Origin: a virus
Lineage: Duplodnaviria; Caudoviricetes
Virus record (IMG/VR): IMGVR_UViG_3300006467_000282
Span: 18,032 to 82,031 of that record
Reading direction: 5' to 3' (one strand)
DNA: 64,000 bases
Shown: piece after piece, positions 37,602 through 46,370 of the stretch
Position numbering within the stretch: position 1 is the first letter of the stretch
Layout of the letters: the number at the start of each line of letters is the position of its first letter
Position numbers and translations under genes: made by a program
The notes under the pieces: model-generated
The model's input: the letters and a program-made list of their open reading frames with translations, nothing else
Told to the model about the DNA's origin: nothing
Databases searched by the model: none

Positions 37602-37826
37602 ATGGGTAAAATGTCAATCATTGATAACACAGGCGATACAAAAGTAATTTGGGACAAAGACAATGCTGATGAAGTTGAAGCAGCAGAGGATCAGTTTGAT
37701 ACTTTAATCAATAAAGGTTTTGTAGCTTATGCAGTAACAAAAAGTGGTGAAGCTGGAAAAAAGATTAAAAAATTTCTTGCTAAAGCTGGTAAAATCATAA
37801 TGATACCACCAATAGCTGGAGGTTAA
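37602..37826 (+). CDS. Small protein ending PPIAGG; candidate ubiquitin-like (ThiS/MoaD-like) beta-grasp protein
   Basis: AAGGAG RBS; 74 aa; KIIMIPPIAGG-stop. Confidence 0.6.
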   Translation: MGKMSIIDNTGDTKVIWDKDNADEVEAAEDQFDTLINKGFVAYAVTKSGEAGKKIKKFLAKAGKIIMIPPIAGG

Positions 37827-37827
37827 T

Positions 37828-38454
37828 ATGACTACTACAGCAACATGTACTATTTCAAGTGATGATTCTACTTGGTATACTTGGGCAGATTCAACTGCTA
37901 CTACTTCAGTTGAAAAGTCTACTTGGACTTCTTGGACAAGCGCAGCTTCAACTACTTCAACAATGCCCGAAACAACCACTTACACAGATGATGGTGGAAC
38001 TGTTTGGGTACAGTGGGTAGGAGAACTTACGATTGAAACTTCTGTAGAAGAACCTGATAGATATGACATCAGTCATAGAGAAGTTGAAGAGGAATCAGAT
38101 TACAAAAAAAGAGAAAAAGAAAGAGAAATTGCAGAAGATGTGGCGAAAGAACTTTTACTTGACTTAATTGGCAAGAAAGAACTTAAAGTTTATGAAGAAA
38201 CAGGCAGGCTTTTTGTCAAAGGAAAGAAGTTTGATTATATTGTACAAAAAGATTCATTTGTTCAAAAGATTGAGAAAGATAAAATTACAGATTTATGCGT
38301 ACATCTTGATAATAAGTATAAATTTCCAGATACGGATAATGTAGTTGCAATGAAACTACTTCTTGAAACAGACGAAGACATTATACTTGATCTTGCAAAC
38401 GAACATGGATCGGATGATCGACCCGAAAAGTTACCTTTAGCTGCATGTATGTAA
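37828..38454 (+). CDS. Partner of the GG-ending protein; T/S/W-rich N-terminus plus LCVH domain
   Basis: Starts 1 nt after the upstream stop; TWxxW-like repeats; DLCVHL...FPDTDNVVAMKLLLETDE. Confidence 0.7.
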   Translation: MTTTATCTISSDDSTWYTWADSTATTSVEKSTWTSWTSAASTTSTMPETTTYTDDGGTVWVQWVGELTIETSVEEPDRYDISHREVEEESDYKKREKEREIAEDVAKELLLDLIGKKELKVYEETGRLFVKGKKFDYIVQKDSFVQKIEKDKITDLCVHLDNKYKFPDTDNVVAMKLLLETDEDIILDLANEHGSDDRPEKLPLAACM

Positions 38455-38479
38455 TAACCAGATAATAGATGAGGGATAA

Positions 38480-38830
38480 ATGGAACAACTACCAGAATTA
38501 ATGTTTGCTTTATTGAATGATAAAAAATCAGGATTGAAATCAATACTTGTTGATATAACAACAATTGAAAATCAAATCAGAGGAGTTGACCATTTTCTTA
38601 AAAATATAGATGAAGCTGATATGGAAGAAGCTGATATCAGGAAAAAGTTTAAGACAATGATGAAGGTCTCAAATAAGCAGAATAAGATAATAATGAAATT
38701 ATTGTACCTTGTCATTGTCTATATGCAGGGGAATAACTTTGATTCCGATGTTGCTCATATGTTGATGAAATTCGGCAAAGGTGAGGAAGCTTTACAGGCA
38801 ATGGTTAGAAATAAATTTAAAGGTATATAA
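38480..38830 (+). CDS. Hypothetical protein
   Basis: GAGG RBS. Confidence 0.7.
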   Translation: MEQLPELMFALLNDKKSGLKSILVDITTIENQIRGVDHFLKNIDEADMEEADIRKKFKTMMKVSNKQNKIIMKLLYLVIVYMQGNNFDSDVAHMLMKFGKGEEALQAMVRNKFKGI

Positions 38831-38832
38831 AT

Positions 38833-39132
38833 ATGAAAGATAAAATAGTACTGGATAGTAGTGATTGTGATTTATCCACTGTCTTGACAATTAAAGACAC
38901 AGAATATGCAAGGATATCACCTGATGGAAAACTTGAAAAATTTAATAATAAGATATGTCGTGAGGTTGCTGATGAGTTTGATGAAGATAATACACAAACG
39001 TATCTGGCATTTGCAAAGCTATGCATCTTATTATTAGAAGAAGCAGCAAGTATTGTTGATCATATTAACAAACAGGGCGGCGTATCTTATGGAGACTTAA
39101 TCAGAAATCTTGAAGTAGAGGAGGAAAAATAA
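38833..39132 (+). CDS. Hypothetical protein
   Basis: In operon. Confidence 0.65.
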   Translation: MKDKIVLDSSDCDLSTVLTIKDTEYARISPDGKLEKFNNKICREVADEFDEDNTQTYLAFAKLCILLLEEAASIVDHINKQGGVSYGDLIRNLEVEEEK

Positions 39133-39237
39133 ATGGATGGTAATTTTGGACTTACTTGGGTGTCTTTAATAATACCCATATTAGTTATAATAGGGCTTAT
39201 CATCGGTGTTTGGGAGTTTTTAAAATTGTTGTTTTAG
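39133..39237 (+). CDS. 34-aa membrane peptide
   Basis: GGAGG RBS; MDGNFGLTWVSLIIPILVIIGLIIGVWEFLKLLF; not in the track. Confidence 0.55.
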   Translation: MDGNFGLTWVSLIIPILVIIGLIIGVWEFLKLLF

Positions 39238-39254
39238 CTTAAAGGATAATAAAG

Positions 39255-39497
39255 ATGACTAAAATTAAGGGAATGTATGCAAGAAACACTTCTGGAATTA
39301 CTGGAGTTTCAAAGCATAATCGTGAAAACAAATGGTGTGCAAGTGTATCATCTAAAAACGTTCGATATCAACTTGGCTACTTCGATGAATTCGACGATGC
39401 AGTAATGGCCAGGTTTAAAGGAGAACAAAAATATGGTTGCTACAATAAGGACGGTTCTTCTGCTAAGTTATATTTGAAAGATAAGGGATTGATATAA
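39255..39497 (+). CDS. Stand-alone AP2 DNA-binding domain protein
   Basis: NTSGITGVS...KWCASV...YQLGYF...DAVMAR...E. Confidence 0.8.
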   Translation: MTKIKGMYARNTSGITGVSKHNRENKWCASVSSKNVRYQLGYFDEFDDAVMARFKGEQKYGCYNKDGSSAKLYLKDKGLI

Positions 39498-39706
39498 TGA
39501 AGGGCAATTGTGTTATAACTGAGGATAATACAATAATATTTCCAACATCGAAACATAAAGATGTATTATTTAAATGCCCGAATTGTGAAGGATGGCATTT
39601 TAATATAACTAATGGTGGAGAATTACTCTGTACCACCCGCAAAAGGGAAAGCGAGGGTTTTGGTTGTGGATGGAGTGGACAAATAGTTATGAAGGAGGGA
39701 AAATGA
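39497..39706 (+). CDS. Zinc-ribbon protein
   Basis: CPNC...C...CGW. Confidence 0.6.
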   Translation: MKGNCVITEDNTIIFPTSKHKDVLFKCPNCEGWHFNITNGGELLCTTRKRESEGFGCGWSGQIVMKEGK

Positions 39707-39921
39707 CTGACAGATTTAGTTCGTTAACTGTAGTTCTTGAAAAAGACATTAGAGAGGATGATGCTGAACATATTTTGAATGCTATTCGTATGATTAAGGG
39801 TGTTCTTTCTGTTAAAGGTAATGTTACAGATATAAATTTATATATAACTGAAACGAGGGTTCAGTCTAAATATAGAGATAAACTGTGGAATATGTTTAAT
39901 GAAGAGGATAAAAACGAATAG
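39703..39921 (+). CDS. Conserved small phage protein
   Basis: LTVVLEKDIREDDAEHILNAIRMIKGVLSV; start reset to the ATG behind GGAGG. Confidence 0.7.
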   Translation: MTDRFSSLTVVLEKDIREDDAEHILNAIRMIKGVLSVKGNVTDINLYITETRVQSKYRDKLWNMFNEEDKNE

Positions 39922-39950
39922 AGAAAGAACTTGAAAAGGATAAATAAATC

Positions 39951-40325
39951 ATGAAAGTTATAACTTTATGCGGATCAACAAAATTCAAATCAGTATTTGA
40001 AAGAGAATCAGCACGTTTGACTTTAGAAGGAAACATTGTCATTTCTGTAGGAATGTTTGGCCATAAAATCGGGATGGATATGAATAGCGATACCAAGCGG
40101 ATGCTCGATCGATTACATTTCAGAAAGATAGATCTTGCTGACGAAATCTTCGTAATAAATCCTGCTGGATATATTGGATTATCAACTTGTGATGAAATTC
40201 ATTATGCAATGGTTAATGATAAGAAAATAAAGTTTCTTGTTGATTGTGCTTGTATGGATGAATCCGATATTTGTCCATTATGTAAACTACAGCAGCAAAT
40301 AATGGTATATGATATGGAGAAATAA
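39951..40325 (+). CDS. Nucleoside 2-deoxyribosyltransferase-like protein
   Basis: ITLCGS, KIDLADEIFVIN..GYIG.ST.DEI.YA. Confidence 0.65.
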   Translation: MKVITLCGSTKFKSVFERESARLTLEGNIVISVGMFGHKIGMDMNSDTKRMLDRLHFRKIDLADEIFVINPAGYIGLSTCDEIHYAMVNDKKIKFLVDCACMDESDICPLCKLQQQIMVYDMEK

Positions 40326-40327
40326 CT

Positions 40328-40744
40328 ATGGGAAGTGAATCAAGTCTTTGGAAAACACTTTATACGAATATGAAACCATTCTGGGAAGCTGAACGAATTG
40401 AAAATGCAGTTGGAATTGGTGTTCCTGATGTATATGCAACAATGAACTCGGGGAGAATGGTCTGGATAGAATTAAAACATGTTCATTATTGGCCTAAAAA
40501 AGAAACTACTCAACTAAAAATCAAACATTATACGCCTCAGCAAAGATCTTTCATTCGTCGACATGGTAAAAAAGGAGCAAATGTTTATATTCTTCTGCAA
40601 GTTGAGCGAGACTACTTCCTTTTAACCTGGCAAGCAGCTTTAAGAATTGGCGAAATGGTTCCAAATGATTATTATAATTCTGATGATATTGCTTATTGGA
40701 AAAATAGAATCAACTACGAACAACTAATTGATATTTTAAGTTAA
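40328..40744 (+). CDS. PD-(D/E)xK nuclease (VRR-NUC / resolvase-like)
   Basis: SESSLW...RIEN..GIGVPDV...WIELK...PQQ. Confidence 0.82.
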   Translation: MGSESSLWKTLYTNMKPFWEAERIENAVGIGVPDVYATMNSGRMVWIELKHVHYWPKKETTQLKIKHYTPQQRSFIRRHGKKGANVYILLQVERDYFLLTWQAALRIGEMVPNDYYNSDDIAYWKNRINYEQLIDILS

Positions 40745-40830
40745 AAAGCCAGGAAATTATATAATTTGGCTAAAATGGTTTACATTAATAATTGTTTTTT
40801 ATTATAATATTTATATTAGGGGAGTAAAAT

Positions 40831-41007
40831 ATGACTATAAACGTAAATGATCCACAGGAATTAACAACAGCAATTGAAGAGTTATATGATAAATGTAATA
40901 TATTAGAGGATGAAAGAGCTTCTCTCCTAAATCGCATTGAAGAACTTGAACAAAAATTGGAGGGTTTAAATGAAACAAGTGTATCTATTCCGGACAACCA
41001 GTCATGA
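40831..41007 (+). CDS. Coiled-coil protein (58 aa)
   Basis: GGAG RBS; promoter at 40779-40808; not in the track. Confidence 0.55.
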   Translation: MTINVNDPQELTTAIEELYDKCNILEDERASLLNRIEELEQKLEGLNETSVSIPDNQS

Positions 41008-41401
41008 TCAAGGAACAGAAGGAGTACTCGCAACTGATGGATTTACTTGCTATAGCATGGAACTTCCTTGGAGAAATAATAAGAAAGGATTGTCCTGCGT
41101 TCCAGCAGGAACGTATCTTGTAAAAATTCGAAAGTCCCCTAAATTCGGATTCACTTATTGGGTGACTAATATAAATGGACGCGAGTTTATTCTTATTCAT
41201 GGCGGTAATTTTGCAGGGGATGTAACAAAAGGTTGGAAAAGTAATGTTCTTGGATGTATTGAATTAGGGAAAAGATTTGGAACCATCGGAAATCAAAGAG
41301 CAATTCTTACTTCCAAACCAACAGTCCGGAAATTTAAAAATCATATGCAGAGTGACGATTTTATGTTAACAATAATCGGAAATATGAAGGAGGCAGCATA
41401 A
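40970..41401 (+). CDS. DUF5675-like putative peptidoglycan-active enzyme (candidate endolysin)
   Basis: ELPWRNN....SCVPAGTY, SPKFG, ILIHGGN, GCI. Confidence 0.7.
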   Translation: MKQVYLFRTTSHDQGTEGVLATDGFTCYSMELPWRNNKKGLSCVPAGTYLVKIRKSPKFGFTYWVTNINGREFILIHGGNFAGDVTKGWKSNVLGCIELGKRFGTIGNQRAILTSKPTVRKFKNHMQSDDFMLTIIGNMKEAA

Positions 41402-42045
41402 TGTTAGCAACAGTTTTAGGTGGTGTTACAGGTTTACTCGGGAATGTCGTCGGTGGTTGGTTCAAAATGAAAGAACGTAAAATGAAAATCGAAGAGAATA
41501 AGGTTCAGAATCAACATGAACTCGCTATGGTTGATGCTGAAACCAGGGCAATGATTGAAGAAGCTAAGGCAAATATACGTATTGCTCAGACACAAGTTGA
41601 AGGTGCAATTGATCTAAAAGAAGCTGATGCTTATATTCAATCTCAGAAAGAAGGTAATAAGCAAATGTTCAGCAATAAATGGATTGATCGCCTTATGGGA
41701 CAGGAAGGATGGATCAGGTATTTTACTATTCCTTTAGCCAGTTTAATTGCAGTGCTATTTGGTCTGACTGATTTCTTAAGAGGGATCTTACGACCTACTT
41801 TAACTATTTATTTATGTGGAATTACAACTTGGGTAACTTGGATGGCGTGGCAAATAATGCAGAAAGAAGGTGTTGCTTTAGATGGAATACAAGCTGCAGC
41901 AATCTTTTCAGAAATTACTTCTATTGTAACTTACTTAACAGTTTCTTGTGTAACCTGGTGGTTTGGTGATAGAACAATGGCTAAAAATATAATGAAGACT
42001 AAAGGCATAGATAATTCACGTTTGAATGATAAGATTGATTTGTAA
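41401..42045 (+). CDS. Putative holin (multi-TM)
   Basis: N-terminal GVTGLLG helix; RGILRPTLT; several TM segments; WWFGDR. Confidence 0.65.
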   Translation: MLATVLGGVTGLLGNVVGGWFKMKERKMKIEENKVQNQHELAMVDAETRAMIEEAKANIRIAQTQVEGAIDLKEADAYIQSQKEGNKQMFSNKWIDRLMGQEGWIRYFTIPLASLIAVLFGLTDFLRGILRPTLTIYLCGITTWVTWMAWQIMQKEGVALDGIQAAAIFSEITSIVTYLTVSCVTWWFGDRTMAKNIMKTKGIDNSRLNDKIDL

Positions 42046-42072
42046 AAATACTCCGTAGTTATTCTTCCTTAG

Positions 42073-42104
42073 CCCGTTTGTGATTAAATTCACAAGCGGG
42101 TTTT
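42073..42104 (+). terminator. Intrinsic terminator after the lysis pair
   Basis: CCCGTTTGTGA/TCACAAGCGGG stem plus TTTT. Confidence 0.8.
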
Positions 42105-42130
42105 CTATTTTCAAAAAAAGTCAAAATAAA

Positions 42131-42190
42131 TCGAAAAAAGATCGAAAAAGGGGTTTACAAAAGAATTATTTTATATTATAGTACTTACAT
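42131..42190 (+). promoter_or_regulatory. Repeated early promoter copy 1 (A-tracts, GGGGTTTACA-N17-TATAGT-ACTTACA)
   Basis: -35 at 42154, -10 at 42177. Confidence 0.85.
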
Positions 42191-42227
42191 GATCAAAACA
42201 AAACATAACTCAAACAAGGAGAATAAT

Positions 42228-42572
42228 ATGACAACAACAACAATTAAATTCGAAGATTATGAATCAGAAAGAGAAACTCAGAATCAAGGATCAGTAATAT
42301 TAGCTATTCGTAGAATGCAATCAGAATTAGGTGCAGATTGTGATGAAATAGAAATTACTGAAACTCAAAATAACGTAGAAATTAGTATGACTGCTACTGA
42401 ATATCTTGACCAATTTGAAGGTCATGAAATAGCAATGATCCTTCAGAAAGTTAAAAGAGAAAAAATGATTAATCAGATTAAAGCTACAGATTTTGATAAT
42501 ATTTCCCTTACAACTTTAAGTAATGTTATTAAACTTATAAATGAAAATGACCAAAAATTAACTTTAGGATAA
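42228..42572 (+). CDS. Hypothetical early protein
   Basis: AAGGAG RBS; start reset from 42189. Confidence 0.7.
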   Translation: MTTTTIKFEDYESERETQNQGSVILAIRRMQSELGADCDEIEITETQNNVEISMTATEYLDQFEGHEIAMILQKVKREKMINQIKATDFDNISLTTLSNVIKLINENDQKLTLG

Positions 42573-42582
42573 GGAGATTAAA

Positions 42583-43044
42583 ATGACTAAATGCAAATCA
42601 AACGTAAAAACTTTAAATGATGTTCTTAACAATTGTCTCGAATGTAAAGTTGATAAAGTAGAAGGTACAAATACTTGCCAGGTTGGTAAAGATATTCTTA
42701 ATAAAGCTATTGAAGATGGTAAAAATTTTAAACCCAAAGAAATTCCAAGAAGAACACAAAATTCTTTAATAACTGAACTTAAAAAAGGTAATTTCGTAGC
42801 TTGTCCTAATGACAAAATACTTATAATTCATATTCCAAATTTAATTTCAAGTTCGATTCACCTTATTCTTGTTAATAAGGAAAGAGAAGAACATATTGAT
42901 TTTTCAGTTGATAATAAAATGGCGTCTTGGAGATGGTTAAAGAAGTTTAACGAAATCACGGGACGTGAAGTAATTTATAAAAAACCAGATGTAGAAATAC
43001 CATTTAAAGATTCAGTTCCATATCAACATAGATTTACTGCTTAA
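42583..43044 (+). CDS. Hypothetical protein with an N-terminal Cys cluster
   Basis: AAGGAG RBS. Confidence 0.7.
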   Translation: MTKCKSNVKTLNDVLNNCLECKVDKVEGTNTCQVGKDILNKAIEDGKNFKPKEIPRRTQNSLITELKKGNFVACPNDKILIIHIPNLISSSIHLILVNKEREEHIDFSVDNKMASWRWLKKFNEITGREVIYKKPDVEIPFKDSVPYQHRFTA

Positions 43045-43115
43045 TTAACTCTTCATCTTGCCTCCGATTGGATATCGGGGGCAGGGTAAATGGTTAACTT
43101 AAAAAGGAGAATCAA

Positions 43116-43304
43116 ATGACAAAAACAATCAAAATCAAAAAATCACCAGAAGGTAAATGGAATCCAAATGAAGTTGATAGAGTTTTTAAAGAATTAAAAA
43201 AGGGTTTTAATGGTATTGAATTAGCTAATCTATGCGAAACGCTTATTGCGAATAACTATATTAATCAAGTATGTGTTGATTTAATGAAAGCAAAACTTAA
43301 ATAG
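43116..43304 (+). CDS. Hypothetical protein
   Basis: AAGGAG RBS. Confidence 0.7.
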   Translation: MTKTIKIKKSPEGKWNPNEVDRVFKELKKGFNGIELANLCETLIANNYINQVCVDLMKAKLK

Positions 43305-43313
43305 GAGAATAAA

Positions 43314-43658
43314 ATGGAAGATTTCTTAACTGTTGAATATGTATCAGCATATATTATCGTTTCTTTTTTCATCGTAGTAGCTTCGTGTAAATTTGTTGAT
43401 CGAAAAAGAATTGAGGGAAAACCATGTAGTGGAAGCGATCTTGTAGATATATTTTCCAGAGGACTTGCAGTTAGAGGTGGCGGACGTGGCCCGACATACT
43501 ATGAAGATTCTACAAATGGCGATGCTTTTTGGGGAATGATTAGAATATTATTTTACATGACTGTATGGCCTGTCGCTTTTTCAGCGATCATTCTTTTCTT
43601 CATTTGTAAATATATAATATGTATATTGAGTTTTTTATTAGAAATTATTTTTAATTAA
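43314..43658 (+). CDS. Membrane protein
   Basis: Two hydrophobic segments; AGGAG RBS. Confidence 0.7.
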   Translation: MEDFLTVEYVSAYIIVSFFIVVASCKFVDRKRIEGKPCSGSDLVDIFSRGLAVRGGGRGPTYYEDSTNGDAFWGMIRILFYMTVWPVAFSAIILFFICKYIICILSFLLEIIFN

Positions 43659-43660
43659 AA

Positions 43661-43737
43661 ATAAATCGAAAAAAGTTGAAAAAAGATCGAAAAAGGGGTT
43701 TACAAAATAATTCTTTTGTATTATAGTATTTATAACG
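43661..43737 (+). promoter_or_regulatory. Repeated early promoter copy 2
   Basis: -35 at 43699, -10 TATAGT at 43722. Confidence 0.85.
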
Positions 43738-43761
43738 ATAACAATTAAGGAGAATTTAAAT

Positions 43762-43968
43762 ATGACAAACTCAACTCAAACAAAATTAAATTTCGATAAC
43801 TTTCTTTCAGCAGTCATAAGAAATGATTTTATTACAAAAACACAATTAAGAAATCAGTTTGATTTAACTGATAAAGAAATAAATAAAAATATTGAAAAAA
43901 TAAGAAACGCAAACTTCATTATCGTTTATAATGAAAAACTTGAAACTTATACATATGGAGGATTCTAA
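43762..43968 (+). CDS. Small HTH-like protein
   Basis: TKTQLRNQFDLTDKEINKNIEKIR. Confidence 0.65.
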   Translation: MTNSTQTKLNFDNFLSAVIRNDFITKTQLRNQFDLTDKEINKNIEKIRNANFIIVYNEKLETYTYGGF

Positions 43969-44306
43969 TGACAAACCTCAAAATAGAAGATCTAACAACA
44001 GAAGATAATAACAATTATTACATCGTAATTTTTCATAATAATCAGTTTGCAGAAGGTATAACAGGCGCAAATCTTTATGTTCATATTATAAGTGGTAATG
44101 AGCAAAAGGGATTCAAATATATTAAAGATGCAAAAAAATATTTTTCAACTATACGTTCTGAATATAAATCTAAAACTATACAAAAAGACAGAGGATATGG
44201 AGCATTAGGAAATTTTTATACAAAACCCAATTATATTAAAGGTAAAGATTTAAAAAAACATACAGATAATGCTAATAGTTTATATTTTACTAAAATAATT
44301 AAATAG
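43968..44306 (+). CDS. Hypothetical protein
   Basis: TAATG coupling. Confidence 0.65.
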   Translation: MTNLKIEDLTTEDNNNYYIVIFHNNQFAEGITGANLYVHIISGNEQKGFKYIKDAKKYFSTIRSEYKSKTIQKDRGYGALGNFYTKPNYIKGKDLKKHTDNANSLYFTKIIK

Positions 44307-44315
44307 GAGAATATT

Positions 44316-44504
44316 ATGAAAGAGATAATAACGTTTGAATTAGTAGATGAAACTAATGAATTAACCATGCATATCGGTTCTGAAAGATCTATCGTGATCG
44401 GGAAATTTTTACAAGGTGATATCGGTAAACTGTTAACCTTGTCCGGTGATAAACTGGATCATTTTCATAAACTAATATTGCAAGCAATTGCTAATAATTT
44501 ATAG
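44316..44504 (+). CDS. Hypothetical protein
   Basis: AGGAG RBS. Confidence 0.65.
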   Translation: MKEIITFELVDETNELTMHIGSERSIVIGKFLQGDIGKLLTLSGDKLDHFHKLILQAIANNL

Positions 44505-44513
44505 GAGAGTAAA

Positions 44514-44915
44514 ATGGATTTCGATAAAATGATAGAAACTTTAGAACAAGAGTTTAGTAAAGACCGAGACGGATGGGATGATATAACTAATGCTATAGAG
44601 GCAATTGATACTCTTCAAGGCTGTCGTGCTTTTTATGGATCTTTCAATCAAATTAAGTTCGAAGCATTTAAAGGAATGTTAGAAGCAGCACGGAGAGAAC
44701 TTTGTGTATCGGAAGAATTTATAGAAAATAAGAAAGAAAAAGATGAGTATGAAGAATCAGATGATTTCATCTTTTCTGAAATTAGAAATATGAATAAGCA
44801 AATAGATGTTCTTCAGCATAAACGTGACAAAATAATTGATAAATACAGAGAAGACAATGATTTAGACCATAAGCAACATATAAAAAATTACCTGGAATGG
44901 GAGAAAAAGCAATGA
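44514..44915 (+). CDS. Hypothetical coiled-coil protein
   Basis: AGGAG RBS. Confidence 0.7.
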   Translation: MDFDKMIETLEQEFSKDRDGWDDITNAIEAIDTLQGCRAFYGSFNQIKFEAFKGMLEAARRELCVSEEFIENKKEKDEYEESDDFIFSEIRNMNKQIDVLQHKRDKIIDKYREDNDLDHKQHIKNYLEWEKKQ

Positions 44916-45142
44916 AAATCAAAAAAGATCAATTGGTAAAAGTTAATCATGTACGTAAAGGTAGATTTAATGCAATTGCAGATAATGATTTCGATACAGA
45001 TACAACAACATGGTATCCACTATCGGTAGCTCAGGAAGATCCAATTAATGGTTTTTCTACAGTAGCAAAGTGGAGAAAAGGCGAATCAATTCCATGTAGA
45101 AATTCACTCTGTGAGATTTCAATAATTGAGAAAGGTAAATAA
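44912..45142 (+). CDS. Hypothetical protein
   Basis: ATGA overlap; start reset from 44897. Confidence 0.65.
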   Translation: MKIKKDQLVKVNHVRKGRFNAIADNDFDTDTTTWYPLSVAQEDPINGFSTVAKWRKGESIPCRNSLCEISIIEKGK

Positions 45143-45143
45143 A

Positions 45144-46340
45144 ATGAAAAGCATAATAGTTTATTCGGGCAAGGGCGGAGTTGGGAAGACAACTACTACT
45201 GCAAACTTGGCAAAAGCACTTGTTGATAAAGGGAAAAGCGTATTTATATTGGACGCGGATATAAATACTCCATCCATGCATGTTGTTTTCCCAGATAAAA
45301 CTGTTAATAAGAACTTATACGTACATTCCATGGGGTATGATACTCGTGGATTAGTTTATATTCAAGGTAGTATGGTAAAAAAATACATCAGACAAGCAAA
45401 AACAAAAGTTAATAAGATGAAACCTGATATTGTATTGATTGATACTCCACCCTCTATAACAGATATTCATCTTAATTTAATTGAATCTTTGGAAGTATCT
45501 GGAGTTATTTTTGTAACTCAACCTAATAAACTAAGTATGGAAGATGTCGGTCGAACTTCTGGATTTTTTAAAACAAAAGAGATACCAGTAATTGGTATAA
45601 TTGAAAATATGAGTCAGGGAGAAGCTATTGATTATACAGTTTCTTTACTTGGCAAAATAAAATTCGAATCATCTTTTGATATTGAAAAAGTATTCAAGCT
45701 TAATTATAAAACTTATGATGAAATTTCTAATATAGTAATGGATGCGGAAGATGCAATATATGAAAGTAGTACAAAACAATTTACCGATGAATCTATTTCT
45801 GAAGAAGCTGTACAGGAAATGATGCGTTCTAAATTAATGCCTAAATTAAAGTTCGTTAATTTAGCAACTTGGGATTACCTGGTTGAATATTTCTTAGAAA
45901 ATGATTTTGCTGGATTATATTCTTTGGATAGATTTATAGATCATAATACAACAGAGAAAATAGGTAGAATGTTAAAAGCATTTGAGCATGATAAAGAAGC
46001 TTATTTTATGGTAATCAATGCTCCTTGTACACCTATTCCGATAATCACTGGCGAAATTGGTCAAGCAACTTTGATATTAGATAATCCATCACACTATGGT
46101 GTACCTTCAGTTGATTACCAAACCAACCAGGGAACAGTTAGATTATTTCCACATGAGATAATGCCGTTGGATTTGAAGGAATTGAATATTCATACACAGG
46201 AAGAAGGCGTCGTAATGACAACTGATGGTAGATATTTACCGTCAAAAGAAACTGTCGAAGCTTGTTATCATGCATATGGCAATCTTGCTGGATTATCAAG
46301 TAACTGGGAAGAAACTTACAATAAAATAGTGGCAGAATAA
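45144..46340 (+). CDS. Mrp/ApbC-like (ParA/MinD superfamily) ATPase with a C-terminal extra domain
   Basis: SGKGGVGKTT, LDADINTPS, IDTPP, VTQP, GIIENMS. Confidence 0.82.
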   Translation: MKSIIVYSGKGGVGKTTTTANLAKALVDKGKSVFILDADINTPSMHVVFPDKTVNKNLYVHSMGYDTRGLVYIQGSMVKKYIRQAKTKVNKMKPDIVLIDTPPSITDIHLNLIESLEVSGVIFVTQPNKLSMEDVGRTSGFFKTKEIPVIGIIENMSQGEAIDYTVSLLGKIKFESSFDIEKVFKLNYKTYDEISNIVMDAEDAIYESSTKQFTDESISEEAVQEMMRSKLMPKLKFVNLATWDYLVEYFLENDFAGLYSLDRFIDHNTTEKIGRMLKAFEHDKEAYFMVINAPCTPIPIITGEIGQATLILDNPSHYGVPSVDYQTNQGTVRLFPHEIMPLDLKELNIHTQEEGVVMTTDGRYLPSKETVEACYHAYGNLAGLSSNWEETYNKIVAE

Positions 46341-46370
46341 AAAATAAATAAGGCGAAAAGGAGAAAAGAA

